In this document: positions 18,289-26,253 of the stretch, in pieces | Numbering within the stretch: position 1 is the stretch's first letter | Layout: every line of letters begins with the position of its first letter | Origin: an uncultured virus (IMG/VR IMGVR_UViG_3300014050_000018) | Taxonomy: Duplodnaviria > Heunggongvirae > Uroviricota > Caudoviricetes | Virus record (IMG/VR): IMGVR_UViG_3300014050_000018 | Location: 1 to 64,000 of that record | Direction: 5' to 3' (one strand) | Length of the DNA: 64,000 bases | Notes under the pieces: model-generated | The model's input: only the letters and a program-made list of their open reading frames with translations | What the model was told of the DNA's origin: nothing | The model's database searches: none | Program-made: the position numbers and the translations under genes

Positions 18289-20037
18289 TTAAAACAATCC
18301 AGGACCTTGGCGTCCGCCACTCGGTGTGGCAAAACTGCCGCACTTATTGCTATTGAATTCCTTATTCACTACCGATAGTATATTTTTATAGCAAGTAAGC
18401 AGAGCGCTATTGGCATTCCTATCTTTAGTTCTAACGGATGCGTTACCTGAGTTATTCCAAGAATACTCTATGCTACTAGTTTTTGTACACTTCGCGCCCA
18501 AAACTCCTTCTCTCATAGAAGGCTTATAAAAAGAATTTCCAGAGTACTTCTGGAAAGTTCTCTTATATTGCTCTAGATTTTGCTTAAATACGCTTCTGGT
18601 ATCTGATTTTAAAATTCCTAGAGGTCCGTATTCCAGTCCTCCGACACCTTCTAATTTAGATTGCACTTCGTTAATAATTCTTTGCAGATACTCTCTATCC
18701 GAAACGATTGATTTACATTGACCGGCGATATTAACTGAAGAAGAGGGTTTCTGGGCGGGACTCTGAGCGGGGCCGGGATTAGGACTTTCCGTGCTGGGTG
18801 CAGCGGTGCCTGACGGATTATTCGCTGAACTGCCCGAAACTGCAGGATTGCCTTCAGTGGCCAGGCGTCCTGGCCTGGCAACATCCACGAAGCCGTCATT
18901 TATCGTCCACTCCGGCACCTGCTCCAGAGTAAAGGAGAGCTCGGCATTGACCACCTCCCCCTCGTCCCACATCTTCTCCTTGATATTAACGTTCTTGATC
19001 ACGCACGGGCCGAACACCCTCTTCCCCCACACGAACTCGAGGACGTGGGGGCCATGCTGGCCCTCACCGTCGCGGGCCATAAAAAGCTCGATGAGTCCCT
19101 GCTCCAACACCTCGACCTTACGCCCGAACACGAACCCATTGAGCAGTACGGAGTTGAATTTGAGCTGGGCGTTCTTGTTGTGGCTCCAGTGCAGGGGTTG
19201 TCCTGAATTGCCCTTATCGCTCACTCCCCACGTCTCGGCGTTCTTAAACTCCGGCCCTACCTCCAGTTCTAACTCCGAGGGGTTGAAGAGGAACTGCCAC
19301 ATCATCTCGCCGGTGGCCGGGGCCGTAGTCCCTGCGCCCATCGCCCCGCCGGAGTACGCAGTAGGGCCTGTGGGTAAGCCTATAAGCGCCGATCCCACTC
19401 TCCCTAGAGAGCCCCAGAATCCGTTCGGGTTGGCGGATTTCACCGTGCCTAGCGCTGCGCCCTTGGCCGCCGATGCACCACGGGACGGGGGTGTGGCGAC
19501 ATTCGACTGGGTTGTTTGTGCTGTGCTACTAGTCGGGGTTTGCGACGCCAGGGCTTGCTGCCTGCCGAGATCGATCTGAGCTTCCAGAGTCTGTATGTTG
19601 GCCTCGGCCACCTCGATGGGATTATCCACATCCCCGTATGGATTGAAACCGTAGGTGCCTTTGACCGGGTCGTAGTTGTTCGCCACCGAGTCACGGTTCT
19701 CTATCGCCGCTTCGAGCTGGTCTCTCAACTCCTGCTGCGAGTCGGCTGACGCGTTGGCCGCTGGGGCGGTATTGGCGGCTTGCTGAGCTGTACCCGCTCT
19801 CTTCCAGATTCTTATGTACGCTGTATTGCCACGCATCGAGCCATCACCCAAAGCTTTCTGAAACCCGATAGTTTCTAGAGCTGAGTATACCTCGAGGTTG
19901 CCCCCAAAGAAACTACGAGGCGCCCCAAACCCTGAGGAGGCGGGCGCTTGACCCTGACTCTCCTGAGGACTTGGGGCTTGGGAGTTAGCCTGGGCCCGGG
20001 CTGTATTCTGTTGGATGAGTTCGTCTCTTCCGGGCAT
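18289..20037 (-). CDS. tail tube-initiator / CIS-tube-like protein
   Basis: WQFLFNPSEL..., FVWG..FGPCVIKNVNI...AELSFTLEQ domain; next to tape measure gene. Confidence 0.65.
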   Translation of the reverse strand: MPGRDELIQQNTARAQANSQAPSPQESQGQAPASSGFGAPRSFFGGNLEVYSALETIGFQKALGDGSMRGNTAYIRIWKRAGTAQQAANTAPAANASADSQQELRDQLEAAIENRDSVANNYDPVKGTYGFNPYGDVDNPIEVAEANIQTLEAQIDLGRQQALASQTPTSSTAQTTQSNVATPPSRGASAAKGAALGTVKSANPNGFWGSLGRVGSALIGLPTGPTAYSGGAMGAGTTAPATGEMMWQFLFNPSELELEVGPEFKNAETWGVSDKGNSGQPLHWSHNKNAQLKFNSVLLNGFVFGRKVEVLEQGLIELFMARDGEGQHGPHVLEFVWGKRVFGPCVIKNVNIKEKMWDEGEVVNAELSFTLEQVPEWTINDGFVDVARPGRLATEGNPAVSGSSANNPSGTAAPSTESPNPGPAQSPAQKPSSSVNIAGQCKSIVSDREYLQRIINEVQSKLEGVGGLEYGPLGILKSDTRSVFKQNLEQYKRTFQKYSGNSFYKPSMREGVLGAKCTKTSSIEYSWNNSGNASVRTKDRNANSALLTCYKNILSVVNKEFNSNKCGSFATPSGGRQGPGLF

Positions 20038-20084
20038 CTGACTCGGCCTGCTGGCACTATACTGAGTCTTTAAACCCTAACCCG

Positions 20085-20381
20085 TCATTGGTACTTCCAG
20101 ATGTAGGGACGAGTGGATGGAGGAGAGGGCTCTGTTTGATTAGAAGTTGTCGTTTGATTAGTGTTAGAAGCTGTGCTAGACTGGGGAGTAAACAGCGGAG
20201 AACTGTCAAAGGCTATTAGACCCTTATCCACCGAGAACTCTCCCCTGAACACTTCAGAACCGAGCTTGCTAAATAGCTCCGAGTCTTTAGTGGTGAAGTA
20301 CTGGCTTCCAGCAGCCAGTGCTTGCTGAGTAAATGTTACTGAGTTCCCAGATCCAAAGCCGTAGGTGTAGGAGTTTTCCAT
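20085..20381 (-). CDS. hypothetical protein
   Basis: 98 aa ORF, GATTAAAG variant motif upstream. Confidence 0.6.
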   Translation of the reverse strand: MENSYTYGFGSGNSVTFTQQALAAGSQYFTTKDSELFSKLGSEVFRGEFSVDKGLIAFDSSPLFTPQSSTASNTNQTTTSNQTEPSPPSTRPYIWKYQ

Positions 20382-20401
20382 GCCTTTTCTTCGTCTTTAA
20401 T

Positions 20402-21391
20402 CTACACCGGGTCGTCGGCGTGTGTGCTGCTCCACTCGATAGCGTTCATCACAACGCTTTTAGCATCCCAGTCCCAGTCCGCAAAGTACGGGTTCTTCTC
20501 GATGGATTCTAGCATCCACTGGTACGCGGCACTCCCAACCACCTCTGGCATCCGGGACAATCGACTTGCATTACGCCATACGCACTCGTACCTCGATCCC
20601 TTAGAGCCGTCAAAGGTCTCCACGTCCTTGAGAATCCCTAGGACCTTACGTTTGACGTAGGAGCGTTTGGATGCGGAGAGGCCGGCGAGCAGTGCCCTCT
20701 GGACCTTGGCATCTCCCCACTCGGTGCTGTCAGGCTTGGAGACGTTCCGCTCCCCCTTCACCAGGAACTTCTCCGCCTCGACGGATTTGGCGATCTTCTC
20801 CAGCGTCACCACCTTCACAACTGAGTCGGAACTCACGCTAACGATGGAATCGGCACGTGAGCCGAAGTAGAGCCTAGCGACATCGATGCACTGCTTATCC
20901 GCCCCTTCGAAAGCGTGAGCGAGTGCCGTGGAGTACAGTCGAGCGGTATCGAATTCGACAATCTCCTTCTCGACAAAGAGGATCCCACGGAGCTTGAAGT
21001 GCTCCGGAGTGCTGGAGAAGGAGTGGTGGATGAGGTTGAAGTGGATACCCAAGGCCTCGGCTTGGGCTACTACGTCCTCCACGCTCTCACCATTATCGAA
21101 GTCCAGCGCAAACACCTGGCAGCTCTTGAAGAGAGCCTCGATGCGGCGTGGACGCTTCCACTGCGGGCATTCGTTGAATACGAAAGGGCTCCAGGTCTGG
21201 CCACGCGAAACAAATCGTGCCAGGGAGGTCGGAGTGACCTTCTCGATCTCGGAGCCGATACGAGCGCCGATGACACGGACCTCGGAGCGTGGGTTACCGA
21301 ATTTGTCTACCTGGTCCTTGTACTGGAGTTTGGTGGAGGGTTTATGGTCCCACTGCTCGTGGTCGAGGGAGATTAGGGCGGAAGTCTTCAT
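20402..21391 (-). CDS. putative primase (AEP/prim-pol-like)
   Basis: FALDFDNG, HHSFSS, KLRGIL, DVARLYFG; adjacent to helicase; start placed at ATG 21391. Confidence 0.7.
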   Translation of the reverse strand: MKTSALISLDHEQWDHKPSTKLQYKDQVDKFGNPRSEVRVIGARIGSEIEKVTPTSLARFVSRGQTWSPFVFNECPQWKRPRRIEALFKSCQVFALDFDNGESVEDVVAQAEALGIHFNLIHHSFSSTPEHFKLRGILFVEKEIVEFDTARLYSTALAHAFEGADKQCIDVARLYFGSRADSIVSVSSDSVVKVVTLEKIAKSVEAEKFLVKGERNVSKPDSTEWGDAKVQRALLAGLSASKRSYVKRKVLGILKDVETFDGSKGSRYECVWRNASRLSRMPEVVGSAAYQWMLESIEKNPYFADWDWDAKSVVMNAIEWSSTHADDPV

Positions 21392-21397
21392 GGGACT

Positions 21398-21454
21398 ATT
21401 ATAGGATGGGAGGAAGGGGCCCCCTTCACTCATTGTCACAGTTTTGCATCTGGC
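21398..21454 (-). promoter_or_regulatory. putative early promoter: TATAAT plus upstream GCCAGATGCAAAACTGTGAC element
   Basis: matches 7743-7799 in element, spacing and an internal AAGGGGCCCC. Confidence 0.6.
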
Positions 21455-21465
21455 TGGGACCCCCT

Positions 21466-23310
21466 TCACACTTTTTGAGGGTCGTAGGTAGGATCGTAGA
21501 TCCAGTCAACGTTGGCCTTGGTGGTGTCGGAGAAGATCGGCTCCAGCTCCTCCTCGGTCATCTTGGAGACGATAGACTGTGCCAGTTCGTAGATCTTGTT
21601 CTTCTCACCCTTCACCATCTCCCAGGTCCGGACGATGTGCGTCATCTTCTTGCCCATGGAGAAACCGTCGCGGAGTCGGAGGACTTCGAACACGTTCTCC
21701 GTGGTAAGAGCAACGTCCTTATCATTCTTGTAGGCGTTGAAGATCTCATAAGCTTTGTCGATGGAGGTGATGAGGAGTTTGCGCTGAGCCCAGTAGGGGT
21801 GCCACTGAGACCGCTTGCGGTCATTCCAGTTGTCCTTGAGAAGGTTACGGAAGTTATCGGCTCGTTTGTCGATCATCAGGAACCGAGTGGCCTCCAGCAC
21901 CTCGGCGAGGGAGCCGAGTGTCAGCTCCGGCAACCAGTTGCCCTGGGCCTGGCGATGGCGAATGGCGTAGGCCAGGAACCCGAACCTGATGAAACACTCG
22001 AGGGAGTTCTTGTGGATCTGGATTCCCATGTAAGGGAGTAGGGACTCGGAGTAGAAGTGGACATCATCGGCCTGCTGGCACTTACTCAGGAAGAAGTCGG
22101 TGCAGTCGCGAAGTACTCGGAGGTAGAGCGACATCGGGTCAGTCTCGTATTTCTCACAGAGCCACTTAATGTGGGAACCCGGATGGACGTCGTGGCCCTC
22201 TTTGTCGCTGATCTCCTCCAGCTCAAAGAGCCGGTAGGTGGAGATGGGCGCCAAGCGGCTGATCGCTCCGCTGTCGAGCGAGTAGGTGATCTCGGGTTTC
22301 CACTCGTTGCAGTTCGCCAGGATGACGGTGTTGGCAACCACCTCGATCGCATCGGTGCCTTTATTCTCGATCTTCTCCGTACCGCCGGTGACCACGGACT
22401 TGAAGCTGTGCGCCTTCAGCATCCGCTCGAGGCTATCTAGAGTCAGGTCGTCGTTGTAGGCCAGGTGGGATGTCACCACGCTGCCCTGATTGAAGCGTGA
22501 GCCGAAGTCGCCCATGGAGGAGACATCGTAGCCAACGTACTTCATGGCGTTGAGGATGCCATTGAGTGTCAGTGTCTTGCCGACTCCGGGCTCGCCGATC
22601 ACCACCCCAGCTTTACGAAACCCGTGCTCGAGGACTTTGTGAGTGCCCGGGTGGACTGCGCCTGTCCGGCCAACGCACGCCCGGCCGATGATCAGCTTCA
22701 TCATTTGAGCCTCGTGGTGAGGGAAGATACGGATGATGTTCTCAAATCCTAACTTTTGCAGCTCCTCCGAGAACCACTCCTTCTCCGGAACGTAGGCGTA
22801 GGTCTCGCGCACGGCGTCTTTGCGACCCTGCATAGTCGCTGGCGAGTGAGCGATACCGAGCTGGTACTGTCCGCCCCCGAGCTTCTTGTGCCTCATGGCT
22901 TTGAGGTTCTCGACGCCTAGCACGTGGTCGGTGATCTCGCTGCTGCGACCGGATCGGTAGACGAAGAGCGGAGTCGCAAACTCCTGCTCGTCGGCGGAGA
23001 GCTCGTGGAGAACATCCTCGTCGAGGATTGTTTCCTGAGCGGTCTCTAGGCGGATCTCTGACGCGGGAACGAGGAACTGGAACCAGTCGGGAAACTTCAC
23101 CGATTTCGGAGCCAGAGGATCCTTGCCCGGATTATGCTCCTCGTAGAGGGAGTGGTAGCCGGTGAGTTTAGCGTCGTAGTTGAATCGGAGATAGTAGCCT
23201 CTGTTCTCGGCCCAGGCCAAGATCTTCTTGTGCATCCGAGACGGGCCAATGGCGTCGGACGCAAGCGTATCCTTCGCCGATGAGTGTCCTTGATTCTTCG
23301 ATTCTGCCAT
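21466..23310 (-). CDS. SF3/D5-like DNA helicase
   Basis: Walker A GEPGVGKT, AYNDD, FKSVVTGG..IENKG, ILANCN, SGAISRL. Confidence 0.8.
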   Translation of the reverse strand: MAESKNQGHSSAKDTLASDAIGPSRMHKKILAWAENRGYYLRFNYDAKLTGYHSLYEEHNPGKDPLAPKSVKFPDWFQFLVPASEIRLETAQETILDEDVLHELSADEQEFATPLFVYRSGRSSEITDHVLGVENLKAMRHKKLGGGQYQLGIAHSPATMQGRKDAVRETYAYVPEKEWFSEELQKLGFENIIRIFPHHEAQMMKLIIGRACVGRTGAVHPGTHKVLEHGFRKAGVVIGEPGVGKTLTLNGILNAMKYVGYDVSSMGDFGSRFNQGSVVTSHLAYNDDLTLDSLERMLKAHSFKSVVTGGTEKIENKGTDAIEVVANTVILANCNEWKPEITYSLDSGAISRLAPISTYRLFELEEISDKEGHDVHPGSHIKWLCEKYETDPMSLYLRVLRDCTDFFLSKCQQADDVHFYSESLLPYMGIQIHKNSLECFIRFGFLAYAIRHRQAQGNWLPELTLGSLAEVLEATRFLMIDKRADNFRNLLKDNWNDRKRSQWHPYWAQRKLLITSIDKAYEIFNAYKNDKDVALTTENVFEVLRLRDGFSMGKKMTHIVRTWEMVKGEKNKIYELAQSIVSKMTEEELEPIFSDTTKANVDWIYDPTYDPQKV

Positions 23311-23367
23311 GCAATAAAAAAGTCCCATGCTAGATGGGACTATTATAGATCAGTTGAGGGGCCTGAG

Positions 23368-24642
23368 TCAAGAGCCTGTGACCAGTTGTGATAGTTGCTC
23401 CTTGATGGAGGTTCGAAGGTCCTTGAGGCCACGGAGCAGTGCTCTCAGCTCCTTAACGCACTTCTTGTCGTCGGCCTCGCGACACTGCCGCAGGTTCTCG
23501 GTCTCCTCTTTTATCTTGGAGTGCGTCTCAGAATCCTTGAGAGCGAGGTCTTTGCACTTCTCAAAAATCTCAATGTCGGAGACTTTCTCCATGCAAAGAG
23601 TCCTATTCCGGCCAGTGAGCTCGGGGTGGGAGTTCTCGCGTCTGGACTTAGCGGCTCTGGAGAAGAAAGAGGTCTTGTCCTCATGCCAGGTTGCAGGGAT
23701 TTCCGGGAGGAAAAGTCCCTTTCGTAAGAGAAAGGTTCTTGCGGACAGCATGTGATCTGACCGGTTGGATGGAGTTGTATTGTTAAGTACTTTGAGTAGG
23801 CGCTTGGTATCTTCTTCTGTAAAACGCCATGTAGTATCTTCGTCATAAAGATCAAAAAATCGTAGCGGAGTGCCAGGGTAGAGGTTGTCGCCGAGGTCAC
23901 CGTACTCGACTTTGAAATCGTAGCAGCCTCTGGCGGTGGTGATATGCATTCCCTCCTTGCGGAGATAGTAATCGCAGACTTCGCGTTCCGAGCGAAGCCT
24001 AGGCAACCAGGGGCCGGTGTTGGCCCAGATGATCTGATGCTCGTCGGAGACGAGGCCCTGCCAGTCGCCATCCAGAGTCCCGAGAAGGATCTGGCGCTTG
24101 GCGAGTTTGGAGTTCTTGCGAGCTTTGCGCTTGAGCCTGCACACGTGCCCGGCGATGTCATCCGCCTCAAAGAACTCCTTGGCGAAGTAGTGGAAGGTGG
24201 AGCCGGGGGAGTTGATGTACTTGTACCCCTCGTCCTGGATGAGGTCGAAGAACTCGGTCTTCTCACCCCGCCCGCCTTTGTACTCAGCCATGTCGAGCTT
24301 GTGGGCCTCGATATGCCGCCAGTACCCCTTGCCACTCACCGAGGCTTCGGAGAAGTCCGCTGGAAGTTTGCCCTTAAGGTCGTCTGCTACGAGCCCCACG
24401 AAGGGCATGGGGCTAAGCATATCCGGCCCTCGGTTGAGGCGATAGGCCCACATGGCCTTGATTATCTTGCGAAGCTCCTCCTCAGAGCCATTCGCCACGT
24501 CCACAGCCGCTTCCGCGTAATTATTGATAAAGTGCGCGCAGACTTTGAAATCGATGACGTAGACCGGACAATAAGGATCGAGGACGGGCTCAAATACATC
24601 TTCGAGCAGGGTGGTGGTATGGTCGTATTCGGGTAGGGGCAT
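23368..24642 (-). CDS. 5'-3' exonuclease / RNase H-like flap nuclease
   Basis: VIDF, YKGGR, FEADDIAG, TLDGDWQGL, GDLGDNL. Confidence 0.85.
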   Translation of the reverse strand: MPLPEYDHTTTLLEDVFEPVLDPYCPVYVIDFKVCAHFINNYAEAAVDVANGSEEELRKIIKAMWAYRLNRGPDMLSPMPFVGLVADDLKGKLPADFSEASVSGKGYWRHIEAHKLDMAEYKGGRGEKTEFFDLIQDEGYKYINSPGSTFHYFAKEFFEADDIAGHVCRLKRKARKNSKLAKRQILLGTLDGDWQGLVSDEHQIIWANTGPWLPRLRSEREVCDYYLRKEGMHITTARGCYDFKVEYGDLGDNLYPGTPLRFFDLYDEDTTWRFTEEDTKRLLKVLNNTTPSNRSDHMLSARTFLLRKGLFLPEIPATWHEDKTSFFSRAAKSRRENSHPELTGRNRTLCMEKVSDIEIFEKCKDLALKDSETHSKIKEETENLRQCREADDKKCVKELRALLRGLKDLRTSIKEQLSQLVTGS

Positions 24643-25487
24643 CAGTTTGCTACTTCCATCTTCGTTGCCGGGTGGGAGACGTAGTCGATGAGATCGAAAT
24701 CGGCCTCCGGATCGAGGTCAAAGATGGGCTTCTCGTTATTGATCCAGACGTCGCACGGGGCCATAGGTGAGTTGGTGATGATCGACTTGATGGCGAGTTC
24801 GTTCTGGGAGTAGATGTGGTTGTTGGCCGAGGCGAACATCACGAACCGGGGAATCAGGCTGGCGTCCTGAGCCATCTTGGTGACAAGGAGGCTGTAGCGG
24901 AACATATCCAACGGCACCCCGGTGGCCATGTCATTGCTCCGGGCATTGACCATCAGATCAAGATGAGCCCCATCGCTAGAAAAAGTGAGGTTAGAATGAC
25001 AAGGAGGGCAGTGAAGAGAATCGTAAGCAGGATTAAAAGTCTGAAGCACCAGTTGGCGATTGGTCGGGTTGGTGCGGAGCTGCTCCCAGATCCACTTGAG
25101 TTGGTCGAATGGTTCGGCACGGAAGTTCTCCCACTGCATATTCTGCTCGGGGCAGACTTGAGGCCAGGCCCTCCAGCTCCGGCCATAAGCCCCGGCCAGG
25201 CGTCCTTCGGCGTCGGCGAGGAAGTCCCAGAAGTGCTTGGCGGGGCCTAGATTGGTCACCTGGTAGTCGCCATTGACATCCCACATGAACTCACGGAAGA
25301 GGTTACGGACGGGCATCTTGCGGAGGGTGAGGGCCGGGAAGCCGTTTCGCAGATCGACTTTGATGGTCTGGCCGAACATCTGCTTGTATCGCAGATTGTT
25401 CCGGCCTACAACCTCAGTGCCCTCATCGAGGATCTCTCTGGCGATTTTGATGTACTGGAGGTCGAAGGACAGGCAGGGCTGTGGCAT
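24642..25487 (-). CDS. ThyA-fold enzyme, probable dCMP hydroxymethylase/methylase
   Basis: GFPALT, REFMW, PTNRQ, PPCH, RSNDMATGVPLD (Asp at the position of E. coli ThyA Asn177), HIY. Confidence 0.85.
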   Translation of the reverse strand: MPQPCLSFDLQYIKIAREILDEGTEVVGRNNLRYKQMFGQTIKVDLRNGFPALTLRKMPVRNLFREFMWDVNGDYQVTNLGPAKHFWDFLADAEGRLAGAYGRSWRAWPQVCPEQNMQWENFRAEPFDQLKWIWEQLRTNPTNRQLVLQTFNPAYDSLHCPPCHSNLTFSSDGAHLDLMVNARSNDMATGVPLDMFRYSLLVTKMAQDASLIPRFVMFASANNHIYSQNELAIKSIITNSPMAPCDVWINNEKPIFDLDPEADFDLIDYVSHPATKMEVAN

Positions 25488-25540
25488 GGCTCACTTGTTA
25501 GGGTTATGAGACCATTTTACCACAGCCGAGCCGGATTTGT

Positions 25541-25780
25541 CTAGGGTCCGAAATACTTCTCCACGAGAAGGCGCTGGAGCTTGACGAACTTGCGGAGGGG
25601 ATACTGATACTCCATGGCCCACTGGAGCAGGGACCGACTCCCCATCTCGATGAGTTCCATCTCGGGGTCCTCGGAGATCATTTCCTCCTTGGCGACGAAA
25701 AACTTCTCTCCGTCATGGGCTACTACGAGCCAGGGCACGTCCTTGTCAAACCGGACGGGCTTTGCGATTCTTTCGATCAT
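25541..25780 (-). CDS. hypothetical protein
   Basis: 79 aa ORF, ATGA-coupled. Confidence 0.65.
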   Translation of the reverse strand: MIERIAKPVRFDKDVPWLVVAHDGEKFFVAKEEMISEDPEMELIEMGSRSLLQWAMEYQYPLRKFVKLQRLLVEKYFGP

Positions 25781-26253
25781 TTGTTGTTAGATTTCTTGTG
25801 GGCTTCAATGATGTCCTCGGTGGATCGGGCTTTGGATAGAGCTTGGACTTGAGCCCGTGATAGTCCGCCGAGGTCTGTTTGTTTGTACCCGGGGCCTTTC
25901 GGCGTGGCTGAGGCACCAGGGACGCACGTTTTACCAGCACGTGTCGTTCCTGCCGGGCAGCGCCCCAGCGCTTTTCCCTTATAGAATACCATGGAATCAG
26001 CGTAATTGGTACCCCCGCCTTCGGCATTGGAGGCAGATGAGGCTCTCTTAGCTTTAAGAATCTCCATGTAGTCTGCCTGGGAGAGTTTTGTTAACTTATC
26101 TCCAAAGAATAGATTTACATCCTCTGGTGACATCTTCTTGATGTAGAAGTAGTTTAACAGACTTTCGTGCTTTGACATCACGGACTTGGGATCTTTTACC
26201 CCAGAATCCTTCAAATACTGAAATATGGAGTTTTTCCAGTCTTTTATTCCCAT
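25777..26253 (-). CDS. hypothetical protein with CxxG..GKTCV module
   Basis: GRCPAGTTRAGKTCVP, similar to HKCDPGFRAEGNKCVQ in upstream gene. Confidence 0.7.
   Translation of the reverse strand: MGIKDWKNSIFQYLKDSGVKDPKSVMSKHESLLNYFYIKKMSPEDVNLFFGDKLTKLSQADYMEILKAKRASSASNAEGGGTNYADSMVFYKGKALGRCPAGTTRAGKTCVPGASATPKGPGYKQTDLGGLSRAQVQALSKARSTEDIIEAHKKSNNK

Noticed and set aside
14911..20037. Bacterial contractile injection system or tailocin rather than phage
   Set aside because: Terminase, replication and nucleotide-metabolism genes and phage-type gene density indicate a lytic phage genome.
24642..25487. Annotation as ordinary thyA
   Set aside because: Asp replaces the dUMP-specifying Asn and ThyX is already present; symbol withheld.
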